Position numbers and translations under genes: made by a program. Positions 49,298 to 63,400 of a stretch of 64,000 nucleotides of DNA are shown piece after piece. The notes beneath the pieces are model-generated. The model saw only the letters and a program-made list of their open reading frames with translations, was not told the origin of the DNA and ran no database searches. The stretch lies in the NCBI GenBank assembly GCA_000934665.2, contig KZ538174.1:1-64000 (forward strand), written 5' to 3'. Every line of letters begins with the position of its first letter. Position 1 is the first letter of the stretch. This DNA comes from Catajapyx aquilonaris. Taxonomy: Eukaryota.

Positions 49298-50364
49298 TAT
49301 AAATGATTTATGGTTTGAAATGTTAATAAATGTCTAAAGTTTTGGTCTCACCTTAGTTTGTTTCGATATGAGCTTCATTTGTCACTCGAGAAATTTTAAA
49401 AAAATGTATTCGGTCTCGAGCCAAACCCGCTCAATCTTATCTGGAACCTTTGTGATCCTAACCCGTAGGTGGTCTTTACACCACACACATTGTTCTTGAT
49501 GATGCACTTGAAAAGTAGCCGCATCCAAACAAACCTCCCATAGGAAAGTTTCACTTGTTCAGCCTCCCAGTGTGTGAAGTCTTGAATGAGAAGTTTCCCA
49601 ATGCCTAGCCCCCCAGAAGCCCAGATCTTACCCTAATTGACTTTTTTGTGGGGATACATGTATGGTGAAAAGATCTGGCATCATCAGCAGCTACGGGAAA
49701 ATATTGCAACAGTAACACCAGACATGATATGTCTGAGCTGGTTAGGCACGACACCAATTACCATATTTACATTTGCTGAGCGACAAATGAAGCTCATATC
49801 GAAACAAACTAAAGTGAGCCCAAAACGTTAGACATTTCTTAGCAATTCAAAACTTAAATCATTAAGATATGCCTACAAGTTTTCAAATTATAGGATTTAA
49901 AAATTTGCAATTCTTTTTTGATATATTTTGACTTTGTTCAAACTCTAATGCATATTGTGATGCACCTACAACTTTTTTGTGAGTAAAAAAGAATATATCT
50001 TTACCAAGACAGTTGTTTAAGCCTAATTTTAAGACTATGACCATGAATTCCTCAGAGAGATCATGTCATCATGCGACAGGCATCAAAATGTCACACTAAC
50101 TGAAAAAAATTAATTATAGGAAATCGAGAGCTTACAGAGAAAAACTAAAATCAGATTTACATTCAGCACACTCAAATTAGATAAGAAAACGTGCTGGTAT
50201 CAACTCAACCAAAAATTTGTTCCCCAGTGTTATCACCTGTATTTAGTACCATTCTTCCATGTGTTTGGAAAGGTGTCCAAAAGGCTTGGGAGAAAATGTG
50301 ACAATTTAATTCCTTACAAAAATACAGTCTGTTTGTCGACCAACAATAAATAGTAGTTCAGGTC

Positions 50365-53300
50365 GGACCGTAGGAATAACGCCTACTGGAATAATGCCTA
50401 CGGAATAACGCCAACAGGAATAGTGTCTACGGCATTACGCCTACCGGAATAACGCCTACAGGAATAATGTCTACGGAATAACGCCTACTGGAATTACGCC
50501 TACGGAATTACGTCTACCGGAATAACGCCTACTGGAATAATGCCTACGGAATAACGCCTACTGGAATAACGCCTACGGTACGGAGTTACGCCTACTGGAA
50601 TAGTGTCTACGGAATAACGCCTACCGGAATAACGCCTACTGGAATAACGCCTACTGGAATAGTGTCGAACCGGAATAATGTCGATAGGTTTATACCCCCC
50701 TCGGAATCTTGTCGAGAGGATTCCCACTCTCGACCTTCCAAGTAGGCCCTAATCTCTTTTCAGGAGTAATGCTTTACCTGGAACTCCAAATATAGAAGGG
50801 TTGGAATAACTTGTAAACGGCAACAGATCCGGGTCTGGGACTTCTTGGGTAGGTGGCCACTGATAAGTAGGCCATTCTTAATCTGCTTGCCTGGGGCCTA
50901 CCCCAGGATGGTAGAAGCGGACATTACAAATAATCCGGGAATTTTTCTAAATATGTTTCATGTTGCATTTTTGACAGCAAATATGAATTCTGAGGTGTGG
51001 AAAACCTATATTTTAATACTCAATTCCTACCTGGCACGTCACATGCCATTGTTTGAATATTTCCAATCCTCTAGCATCCATAGGTCAAGAGAAATTACCC
51101 GGGTCAAAAATGGCTTGGGTTAAAAATTTTGATCCTTATGTTAACCGCCGGTTTTCGTCAACTGTAGCTGTGCACCACTGACGCGCTTGAGGTGAATATC
51201 AGTTCTGGAAGGTTTGCCCAATAATGCTTTACCGAAACTGATTTTTTAATGCGAAATGCGGGCTCTTATTTTTTGAGGCCAAAATCATCATCGCTGCATT
51301 ACACTCTGCAACAACAATCCAAAAAAGGCCTCATGTTGGGACCATCCTTTCCTCATCCTAATGGTATAATATTGCTCAATGTGGCTGAAACTCGATGTGC
51401 AGCATCAAGGAATATTGGCCAAACGTTCTAGAAATGAAATTCACTTACTTCAAGCGTGTCAGTGATGCAAATAGTAGCCGATATGCGGCGGTTCAACCCA
51501 GGATCAAATTTTACCCCAAGTCTATTTTGACCGGATCATTTCTTTTGACCAGTGGGTGCCAGTGGATTGAAAAATTCACAGACTGACATATTATGAACAT
51601 TACGATTAGGTGTGCAAAATTCAAAATTCAAGAAAAATGGTCGGTGGATATCGATATCTCATCTCGCCTGGAATCACCCATAAACATCCTAAAATCTCTC
51701 CTAAAATATATGGCATGAAAACATGGACAAGATTAATTTGTGCATGCGTAAAAATAAAACTATGAGGGGTCACTCACACCACTCGCTATGGATCAATTAT
51801 AGCACGTTAGTCATTGTAAATAATTTCATGTGGAATTATAGTTTCTCACAATTTAAGAGCAAATAATAACACTAACAAGTCAACGACGTTTTTGGCACAT
51901 GAAGAATTTCAGCTGTATCTAATGCATTCATAAGCGCTGATTCCGGGGCTGGATTCATGAAAGGTCGTAAGCAGGTCGTAAGTCCAATGTTTGCAACCGC
52001 TGCGAGAATTTTTTATTTCGTATTCACCAAGGGTCGTAGCTGCTACGAGATATTTAAAAATCTCGTAAGAGATACAGCACCTCAAGAGGTGTTGTAACAC
52101 TTGTAAGTTGTTTACGTATATGTCGGATCTCTGGTCGGACGGTCCGCGGTGCGCCCGTTAGTCGCATTTTGAGATGCCGCATGGGTTTTCCCCTTCTCTG
52201 TGTGGTGGAAAAGATCCAGCTGGGGTCAAAGGACCGGCTGCAAATATTTTAAATATGACATAGCTACCCCATATCCTCCGATCAACCCGAATCCGGGCCT
52301 CTCGTCGCGTCGGAGCGGTGGGTTGGAAATAACAGCTACTTTGCAATAACTGTCACTATGTAAATATTGTTGTTATTGAAAATAACGGCTACTGCCAGTT
52401 ACAGCTATAGGCTAACTATTCTGCGCCTCAGTATAGCAGCTAATGCTATATTCCTTTATAATAGTAATAGAGTTGGCCATTTTTTTGGACCCGCATTCGT
52501 AACGGGACACCCGAAAATACTGGGTGTTCCAAGTTCGTGGGTCGGTTTTCAATAACTGATATCGCCTGATAGTAGTTACCTTTTCTAGCTACAAGCAGCT
52601 ACAAAGCTTGTAGCTACAAAAATGACTCCTATCAGGAGATATCAGTTATAAAAAACGACCCACCAACTTGTAACACCTTGTATTATTTTGTTCATTGTTT
52701 TGAACATTGTTCATTTTTGGTGACACTGTTTACTCCTATTGTTGCATGAGGCAACAAAACGATGACGTACGACCTACCTACGAACTTCACTATTTACGAG
52801 AAAAATATTTATGAATCCGACATGTTGTAGAGTTAATACGTTGCCACGGAAATTGTACGTAAACATGTACGTATTTCCGTTGTATCGGAAAAAATCTCGA
52901 TGTTGGTGAATCCGCCCGATTATGAAGTCAGAAAGTGTCCATCACGCACCAATATTTTTTTTGTAACAGGCATACGGCCCATTCCAAAGTGAAATCATCA
53001 CGATAGGTATGCTCGTGAATGTTAGATTTCCTAAATATTTTGCAGGGAGATAGACCTATCCCTAAACTCTAGATTTCCCAAGTATTTCGCTTTGCTGTCC
53101 TCAAGGTCACGAGAGGTGAGGGGATTATGTGTTCAGGGGTACAAATTGCAACTTTCAAACCAAGCCACTTTCAGCATCGAATATCTCTGAAACTGCGTGT
53201 CGTTGCGACTCTTTCGAACGTAGGATTTGAAAATGTAATCATGTATGCGATATATGTATTGCGTAACGAGTTACAGGCCCCGCAATGGGTGTGTTTTAGT

Positions 53301-53405
53301 CAAAATTTGTCATCTTTCGGAATTTTTTAGGTGTAGTCTTAACACATTAGGGCCGAATCATTTCTGGAGGCCCCATTTCAATACTGACATATAATTTCCA
53401 AATTT

Positions 53406-53444
<39 letters not shown>

Positions 53445-56400
53445 GCCAATTTGGGGCCCCTCTTTGGGTTGGGGACTCGGACCCTATAATTCAATACTGG
53501 CTTTTAAATGTCAATTTTTTTCCAATAGAAATTCGGCAATTTGGGGCCCCCTGTTTCGGTCGGGGCCCTCCGGGGCCCTGTCCATATGCAAGGATTCGAT
53601 CAGACTTGCCCAAACACACACTAATTCTCTCACCCTGAAAATGCAACAACTAAGATGTGGGAAAAAGGAAAAGGGCTTGCCTATACGTACAGTACAGTTC
53701 TGTATAAAGGGGAACCTAGATTTTGAAGGCCATAAAATGAGCCATTGGCGAAGATTGTTTTCGGTTAGTGGAAGTGGTCAAAACCCGACGAACATAATTG
53801 TGTACATCAAAAGACGGAGGAAGACGAGGAGAATGCAACTACATAATTAGCTTTATTCGAATATGTAACCAGAAAAACGTGTGGCATTACGTTGTAGCGG
53901 GGCGTAGTGAGTAGGGGGAATGATATAGTACTACTGAGTCTATACTAACACTTGGCTGTATTAATACAACTAACGATACAACAGAATGGAGGCAAAAAGG
54001 GGGAAGGCTGAGAGGTCAGTGTGGTATGGAGGAAGTCGAGCCAAGACCCAGTTCTCCATGTTCACCCCCTATATATAGGGTCACCACAGCAGGGGTCATA
54101 GGTTGGGACAAGGGCACTGGAAGCAAGGGGAGTTAGAAGGAGGGAAAAACAGGAAGTGGCCAATTAGGAGGGGGAAGGTGGTAGAAGAGGTCGTTGACCG
54201 GCACAACGTCGGTCACATATCTCATAATTTGGCCCCCTGAAATTAGTGATGAATCTGCAAAACATCCCTCATATTTTACCTGGTTTCAAATTGAACATAA
54301 TATTAAACCTTAGGGTGGTCAAAACTCATGTCACCAAATATGACTGAAGTTACGCAAACACATCACTAATAATTATCGGAGTCCAAATTCTTGGACATGT
54401 GACTGATCATAGAGCATGTGACGAATAGAACGAATGGCACACGTTTTTTTGCTTGCATTTTTGAGGAGAATGTATTAATTTCATAGTTCAATTTTCATGT
54501 ATTTTTACTTCATTTGTTTACTGGGTTTTGTCCTATTCCACTAACCGAAAAGCTTCTTCCAAATGCCTCATTTTAGCCCTTTCCCAAATTCATGAATTTA
54601 CCCCTTCTCACGGTATTGAGCAATATGGATGAAACTTGATATTTAGCATTATGGAATGGTTGTGCACTTTTGTGTTTATTTCCACCAAATCCGAGAGGCT
54701 CAAGCAACATTTCGGCCCACTTGATTCGGAATGTCCCCAACGTTTCGAGGACTTTGGTTCTTTGACAGCCACAATGTTTAAGACAAAATTCAGACAGAAT
54801 GAGAGGTCATTATGAGTTACCAACATGCAAATGGCGATGAATTTCCAAGAACAAATATGTTGACTTTTGTTACAAGTGTAATTATTATTGTATAAATGCC
54901 CCCCTCCCTGCGTGAATGAGGCAGGGAAGTTAAATAAATGAAATGAAATGAAATGAAATAAATGCCTCCTGTCGGGCATTAAAAATCCTAATTAATTAAG
55001 ATGCTACGTGTGCAAGAGGAGCCATGACATTGCAATAATAGGGGCTAGGTTCCCAACACCGTATTTGTGTGCATTATTTTATACTATCCCTTTTCCTATT
55101 TTCCATATCTCGACTGGTTGCATTTTCACGGTGTGCGTATTATTCTGTGCTTGTGCAAGTGGAATCGGTACCTACTGGCGCATCTCATTGACTGCTTTGA
55201 ACATTTTTGGAGTCTAGGGCCTATAACTTTATTCCACTTTACACCGAGCCATGAAAACTGTGAATCACATGGAATTTATTGATGATAATTATATGCCTAT
55301 GAATTTATTTTTCCCTTACTGTAGACCAAAATACATTGCAAACATCGCTAATATGAAATGTGATATATTTGTAAACTCTGCAAGCTTTTTTAGAAAATTC
55401 AAGCAGGATTAATTTCCAATTATAACTTCATTATATGCCTTAGACGGCTAACTTGCCAACCAGTCCCAACCATGTAATCATAACCTGTGCGTTTGTGACT
55501 TCAATGCCGAAGGCCAATAGTAATTGTTTTGGTTACGTGTTTTTTATGTCGCTATAAGAAGGCCGGCCTCTAACATGACTCCTGCCCCGGGCCTCAGACA
55601 AGCTCTGCAGGGGCCTGTTATTGTATTAATATATTTGAAATTATTATACATTATCGGAGACATATCGATGTACCTGATCTCTCGTAAATTATTTAGCATT
55701 GTACAGTATATAAACTCGGAGAAATTAAGTAACATTTTGAAGAAACCTCATTTTGGCCATTATTGACGCCCAAAAAAAGGTCTGTGGGACAACAACTAAA
55801 ATCAGCAAGTGAGTTATTCGGAAAGTCCAATACGTGGGCTTTCATAATATCTCTGCCTCAGGGCCGCCCGGGTTTCTCCTGATGTCACTTGGCCATTGCT
55901 CTTAAAACATTGAAAGAGTTGTAGAATTCAACAATACCTCGGACATGAGCAATGGCCAAGTGACATCAGGAGAAACTCAATTAAAATTTTTTGATGATTA
56001 AACTTAAGGTCTACCTGGAAAAACAAAGTTAGTGGTTTAGGTTGAAGAAGTTGAGAATGCCAGTAATTGACAACGACGTTGAACTTGGCCGTATTTCAGA
56101 TCTCACCACTTTTGACGGCCAAGCAGTCAGGAGAACTTGGCCTTTTTTTACAGAAAGGTTTTTGGTGGGATTTCTCTTGACCTATGGATGCTAGCGGATT
56201 GGAATATTCAAACAATGGCATGTGACGTGCCAGGTAGGAATTGAGTATTAAAATATAGGTTTTCCACACCTCAGAATTCATATTTGCTGTCAAAAATGCA
56301 ACATGAAACATATTTAGAAAAATTCCCGGATTATTTGTAATGTCCACTTCTACCATCCTGGGGTAGGCCCCAGGCAAGCAGATTAAGAATGGCCTACTTA

Positions 56401-56880
56401 TCAGTGGCCACCTACCCAAGAAGTCCCAGACCCGGATCTGTTGCCGTTTACAAGTTATTCCAACCCTTCTATATTTGGAGTTCCAGGTAAAGCATTACTC
56501 CTGAAAAGAGATTACTTGGAAGGCCGAGAGTGGGAATAATCCTCTCGACAAGATTCCGAGAGGGGTATAATCCTATCGACATTATTCCGGTTCGACACTA
56601 TTCCAGTAGGCGTTATTCCGGTAGGCGTTATTCCGTAGACACTATTCCAGTAGGCGTAACTCCGTACCGTAGGCGTTATTCCAGTAGGCGTTATTCCGTA
56701 GGCATTATTCCAGTAGGCGTTATTCCGGTAGACGTAATTCCGTAGGAGTTATTCCAGTAGGCGTTATTCCGTAGACATTATTCCTGTAGGCGTTATTCCG
56801 GTAGGCGTAATGCCGTAGACACTATTCCTGTTGGCGTTATTCCGTAGGCATTATTCCAGTAGGCGTTATTGCTCCCACCC
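50365..56880. mobile_element. MULE/Foldback-like element, 6.5 kb, with ~730-bp TIRs built on tandem 15-16-bp subrepeats; no transposase found
   Basis: 9-bp TSD GTTCAGGTC (50356-50364 / 56881-56889). GGAATAACGCCTAC(T) arrays sit at both ends, and the arms ~50370-51095 and ~56170-56870 are nearly identical. Confidence 0.85.
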
Positions 56881-57027
56881 GTTCAGGTCTAGAGAAGGGA
56901 CAAAAGTACAAACGTACTCGAACACAAAATACAATGTACAATGTACAAGAACAACACAAAGTACTCGAACACGAAGTACAACATACAAGAAACAAGAACA
57001 ACACAAAGTACAAAGTACTCGAACAAA

Positions 57028-57453
57028 AGTACAGCCAGGTTCAATTAGTTCCGGCCACTTTATCCTGGTCTTGAAGCAACACTTCGCACAGGCCCCACAG
57101 AGAGGGTGTGATCAGACATTGCTATCCTTGTGAGGATTTTTTTCGCTTGTTTCCTATCCTTGTGAGGACCGAAAACCTTACGAGGACTTTTTTCAGGCCC
57201 TCATAAGGTACACAGTCCTCACAAGGATGGCGGAAAATCAAACCAAGACCTCCTTTTTACTGTGAAAAAATAGGTCACCAAAATATCGTGTGTTTTTTGT
57301 AGGTTAGGTTAGGTTAGGTTAGGTTAGTTTTAAATTTTTATTTTTGCCAGACCCTCACAAGGATAGCACATTATAACATGGGTGTGTGTGTGTGTGTGAA
57401 GGGTTGCTTCAAGACCAGGATAAAGTGGCCAGAACTAATTGAACCTGACTGTA
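57028..57453. mobile_element. Tc1/mariner-like MITE containing a nested element with (TTAGG)n
   Basis: Shares its core with 16388-16537; the inner CTATCCTTGTGAGG / CCTCACAAGGATAG repeats flank TTAGG x5. Confidence 0.65.
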
Positions 57454-57474
57454 CAATACGAGACTGTCCATAAG

Positions 57475-60400
57475 TTAACATTCATACACGGTATGTTCTG
57501 GGTCCCCTTCATCGGAGTGGTGGCCTTCTCGCTCTGGCTTTGAAGCATACTCTACACAACAAAGAGAAATAATTGGTTAATTATATGCATTACCACTGAA
57601 TCTCTTCATTATAAATGGTCTACACTCTACAGTTTCCATAGGCCAGTTTATTTCAAATTCTGCCCAAGTAATCAGGACCTGTTATATTGGGACAAAATAC
57701 AACTGCCAAGGAAAACACATTGGCAGACACCTGTGCATGGAACTTCGTTCTTTGAAAGCCCCTAAATCCGAATGTTCCAGAGTTCGAGCACTAAATTAGC
57801 GAGAAATTTGAACGACAGATGCTTCGAAGTTTGAACTGCACATGCAATGAATAAACGCTCTCACTCCATAAACGCTATCTGTTGTGCGCCAAGTTGTCTC
57901 TCGCCCTCGCCATGAAAGCATCTCTTGCACTATGCTCTTGCTTTAAGTGCTTTTCTCACTTTATTTTTGATGTGTTTGGTTATAACTTATTTAATGAAAG
58001 GTGAATGTAAATGTAAATTGGTGAATTTTCGAGGGTCTTTTTCGATTGGATTCTGCATTATCAGGAGCAAAAATTTCAGTCTTGTGAGGATGGGTTCAGG
58101 TTTTTCCTTTTTAAAAAAAAATAAATAAAACCTTGCCTACTGCTCTGAGTAGTTTACAGCAGTAATTTTTACGAGCCATTCCATACACACACTATCAAAA
58201 TCCATCACAGCAAAGGCAATGATTAAAGTCACTCAATATTAAAAAGATTATCCCCTAAAAAGCCCAAGGAGGCTTATCATGGGGCATCCATTATTACACT
58301 TCACATAATCATGATTTACAGTAAGTACCCGTTTTATGCCGCTTCATTTTACGCTGTTTGAAAATAACATATGAACAAATTTTAATTGAAAAATTTGAAG
58401 ATAACACAATCTAAACATAAACACAGCACTGCAACACTTCTAAGTCCAAACACACGACTGTAAAGACTCTTCTTTTGTTTTTCGTGGTGCTTTGTGGAGG
58501 GATCTGTCGACATATACAGTACCGTATTGTTGGTCTCGGCACTCGCCAAAGATTGTTAATACCCTACGTCTACTGCAGTTCTTGCCAAAGAAGGGAAAAG
58601 AGCCCTCAGAAGCCGATGACCCTCAACCTGGAACCTCCCATTAAATGTGCATAATTAATTTTCCAAATATTTAGCATTAAGAACTGCAATTTAATACTAC
58701 CCATTTTGGAGCCTCTCTCATTTACTGTATTTGATACCTTTTTCTGCAAAATATGGTTTTAAAAATCGCCCTGTCTTATATGCAAAAATACACTAAATGA
58801 AGACCTCAGGAGAAAAACCATCAAGGTCCATCTGAGGTGAAACTGAGACAATCGAATTTTAAATTTCGAAGGCCCAGAAGGTTCCATTGTAAATCCCACT
58901 TTCGGGGCCTTCCATAGCATAGTGACCTACGATCATTACTCCACAACCATGACCAAACCATCATATTCAATACTAGTGAAAGTATCTTCTGAGATATGTA
59001 ACTCATTTTTGACAAAAAGGGGACCTTGATCTTTCTTCCCCCGAGGTATTCAAATGCTTTTTTCCCTGAATTACTGAATATGGTCTTCTGAAATGGGGGT
59101 GCATCTTATATGCCGTCATATACAGTACTTCAATTGAAGGGTGCAGTGCAAGAGGGGCACGAGTCAAACGAACAGACACCTGACTCATGCCTCTCTTGCA
59201 CTGCACCCTTCAATTATAATTCTGCCTCGTTTTATGCAGATTCACTTTTGGCAGTATGTTGCTGGAATCAATTACTGGCGTAAAACGGGTACTTACTGTA
59301 TACATCAGAGATTTTTTTGCAACAATGTTACATGGGCACTTGCTTCCTGCTGCCAATTCTCCTCACACATTACCCAAGTTATCAGCTTCCAATAACATGT
59401 ACAGTATTGGTCATATATCGAGGCAACTGCCAGCGACATTTTCCGAAGCGGCAGAAGAAGGAATCGAAGATAAGCATGCTACAAGCTGGGCGAGCAAGAT
59501 TAAACCTTAAAGCTTACGATCGGTGATTACCATCGTCTGGATTTGCCTTTGACTTCTGCAAATGAAACCATATTCTGCAAATGAAACCATAAGATCATCT
59601 GTCAAAACAACAAAAGCTGTCTGTAACAGCCCCATTATTCATCATGATAAACAGATACTTGATTATCATCAAGGTCTTGTATAATACAGGGTGTCATTGA
59701 ATCGACCAGTCAGACCTATACCCGTGGCTCAATTGACACCAGAGGATCATGTTATGTAGAGGAGTCATTATGTCTGGGGAGCCTCATTACTGAGATAATT
59801 GATCATTTGCAATTTAGCGATTGGGCCTAAGAGTGATTGTCAAATAGCAGTGACAAGTGCGATTGCTCTAGAAAATAAGCAGTGTGTGTCAGTGTGTGCC
59901 ATGCGACATGCTAGTAGGCTAATGGAAAAGCTGCGATTTTGACCGGTCCTGCGATTTTGACCGGTGATGCGATTTCGGGGCTGAAGGTTTCCATACCTCC
60001 CAGGATACTTTGTACTTGTCGTTTGAAGGCATTTATCTCAGTAATGAGGTTGCCCAGACATAATGACTACTCTACATAACATGATCCTCTGGTGACAATT
60101 CAGCCACGGGTACAGGTCTGACTGGTCGATTCAATGACACCCTGTATACAGGTCCCGCACTCCTTGATGATGATGATGGTGATGATGATCAGCCCCCAGC
60201 AACTCCTACCCCAGCCTTATGGACACGGCCGTGAGCTTAATCCCCCCCCCCCCCCCCNNNNNNNNNNNNNNNNNNNNNNNNNNNNNNNNNNNNNNNNNNN
60301 NNNNNNNNNNNNNNNNNNNNNNNNNNNNNNNNNNNNNNNNNNNNNNNNNNNNNNNNNNNNNNNNNNNNNNNNNNNNNNNNNNNNNNNNNNNNNNNNNNNN

Positions 60401-63400
60401 NNNNNNNNNNNNNNNNNNNNNNNNNNNNNNNNNNNNNNNNNNNNNNNNNNNNNNNNNNNNNNNNNNGGGGTGGGGGGAAGGGGAATTAAGCTCACGGCCT
60501 TCTCCATAAGGCTGGGATAGGAATTGTGGGGGGCTGATCATCATCATCATCATCATCATGTTTGCGGGACTACTTTTCTGACGTCACTCAGCCTGGAACG
60601 TGCCAGATCAAGTGACGTCAGAAAAGTAATCTCACAAACATTTTTACCTGGGCACCATTTCCCAGCTTGCAGATAATTTTTCTTTTCAGATGTATGTGCC
60701 CCATCCCGTGTACTAATTTTCTCATGCAGTAATTTTTAAAACAACATCATGATTTATGCAAATAGAAGTGACTGCATGCTTCCGCAAGTCGCAGCACTAC
60801 TCTTCAGGACTCCTTTACAATCACTAGTTGCCAGAAGCATGGAACATTACTCGTATTCATATCTGTTCCGTACTAATGGACAAACCAATTACCGTATTAC
60901 CTCACTTATTGCGGCATGCCGGTGTACGCGAGGTTGTCCAGTTTTTAGAAATGCTCGATCTGGTGGCCATACCGGCATGCCGGTCTAAGCGAGGTATGCC
61001 GGTATAAGGCAATGTTTTCTTACCATCTCTTTGAAAATTATTACTACTTAAAGGAATGCATTACACCATGTTCTACGGTACGGATACAGCCCAGGACACT
61101 TTTATCACCTGACACATCCCAAAAGATTGTTTGTTAAGTTCAAATTTTAAGGAAATATTTTCAATTAAAAGTGCAAGGCAGCTAGAAGGGAAGCATACCT
61201 ACCAGGATATTTCATACGTTTGGTTTGGATTTTATTATCTGAGTGACGAGGCTTCTCAGACAAATTAATACCACTACGCAAAGTGATCCTCCATTGTCAA
61301 CGAGATCTGCGACCAGCGAATTATTGATAGCAAAACGAAGGACTACAGGAATTTGCCTTGATCCTTTGCAGATTCTTTGTAATGTTCCCCTCTCAGAGCA
61401 GGCTGGCAGTCGGATTAGTCACACTCTATGCCCTGTGCAACAGATTAACTTGCATATTCTCACAGCCCTGTACTCACACATTTTTCACCGTAACATTATT
61501 TTAGTACAGTATCAGATGCATTTCAAAAACTTTGACAAGGATCAAAATTATGGAAACCTACCGCAGGTATTGCGGCATGCCGGCCACCCCCGCGTTATAC
61601 CGGCATGCTGGTCGACCTCGTTTTATATTGTCATGCCACAATAAGTGAGGTAATACGGTATGATGCAAGCGTTTGAGTTGTTACAGCTGACATGGACTAA
61701 GGCATGTGTATTCTGGAACTCATTTTAAAATAACCCACAAAATACATTTTAAAAATGTAATGTCATATAATAACTTGGAAATGACGTCACCGACCCTCAC
61801 ACTATTGGCTAGCCAGGGAGGTGTGGTCCTCTAATCTGCATGCAATTGGCTGAGGTGAAAAGGGGGTGGGGTTTGAAGTTAGAGGTCAAATGACAATATT
61901 AAAATGTGCCCCAAGTTCCAAGTTCGTGGGTTCTTCCTGATAACTGATATCGCATGATAGTAGTGATATTTTGTAGCTTGATGTGCACCTAACCATGTGC
62001 CCCATTCTATAACTCCTCATATTACTGCTGCAAACTACAAAAATAACTGCTATCGGGAGATATCCGTTATCAAGAAGTGACCCACGAACTTGGAACAGCC
62101 TGTATATGAGGTGCTTTGAACAAAAATGGCCCAAGTCCAAAAAACTAAAGTTGGGATAATTCACCTGCAAGTTTGGAAGGCCCAAGAAAAAAGGGAAATG
62201 TCTGGATCCATATTATGTCAGCTTGGCAATCATTATAGGTTATAGGGTAGTCATTTTTAGATGTATTGCTCCTGTCACGAAAAAAACTGATTTATTGATA
62301 AAAAATCATGTGACTTACACCATATTAATCCTACAAAATCATGGACTTACACCATATTAATCCTACAAAATCATGGACTTACACCATTGTTGATTGGGTG
62401 TAATACAGTTGAATCCGGATATAACAGACTTCAAGGTGCCTCGTAAATCAGTCTTGTTACAACCAAGGTATATTATAGCGGAATACGCAAACCATATATG
62501 GAAGTATGCCGGGACCGGCCTTTCGAGTATGTTATAACCGAAAGTCTGTTATATCCGAGGCAGTTATATCTGGATTCAACTGTATTAATAAAATTTCCTT
62601 TGATCATTTCTTAATTTTAACACAAATAATTTTAGCAAAAATTAATTTCATTACAAAATTTTAGAGAAGGGAATTTTCAACAAAAATTAAAAATTCACAA
62701 ATTCACAAATTAAAAATAATAACGTAATTTTAAACATGGCAAACTGACAGCTACACACTTATTATTTGTCACACAATATTATTTTGTCCGTAGAGGTCCC
62801 CATCGCTTGGATCTTTGTCAGCCATCTTTAACAGCTGGTATGGGACTTACCCCAGGGATAGGGAACGCTCCTTCTACTCCCCAATACCGCTCAAATATCC
62901 AACTTACGACTTATACCATTTTTTGACCAACTTGGAGTAGTTCTCTGAATGTGACGGCAGTCCTACCTTGAAAATGGCATTTTTGGACTTGAGCAACATT
63001 TGTTCTAAGCGCCTCATATGTTCTCTGAGTTGAGTAGTGAAAATCTGGGATCAAAAGTTGAGAATTAGCAATATTTTCAGATTTTGAAAGGTCACACCAG
63101 GCACTAGGAACCGTGCTAGGAACCTTCCAAAATGTTAAGTTTATTTTTTCTGACAATAGTTGAAGGCCAATTTTTGGAGTTACATATGTTCATGAACAAT
63201 AATTATATTAAAAATTAAAATATTCATAAGCATGATTCCACATTGTAATATCCCAGTTGCAGTGTTGCTACAATGTGCAACCCACCAGCATTTATTTTAT
63301 TGGATAATACTTTTTGTGAGCAATATACAACTCAAAAAATTGGCCATCGTCTACCATTTTCAGTACAATTAAAAACAAAATTCTGGAAGGTTCCTAGTGC

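Larger units (their letters stand above)
47279..50229 (+). mobile_element. Chapaev3-type (CMC/CACTA) transposon relic with nested insertions
   Basis: TTA|CACTGGGGAACAAA ... TTTGTTCCCCAGTG|TTA. The residual peptide HIKLGLMKQFVKALSTDGNVFK (~47489-47554) matches the Chapaev3 transposase motif as I recall it. Confidence 0.75.

Noticed and set aside
50370..50690. Regular short repeats that superficially resemble a CRISPR array
   Set aside because: The repeats are contiguous with no unique spacers, are mirrored at the other end of a TSD-bounded element, and lie in a eukaryotic context with no cas genes.
53850..54216. Possible solo LTR (TGTAACC...GGTCACA)
   Set aside because: There is no matching TSD, and the right end is explained by an internal inverted repeat of the host element.
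60134..60559. Long ORFs and an inverted repeat spanning an N gap
   Set aside because: The ORFs are artefacts of the N run, and the centre of the inverted repeat is unsequenced.
61415..61432. Candidate terminal exon GIECD* for the right-edge gene
   Set aside because: It lies inside the TIR-bounded element 60892-61658.
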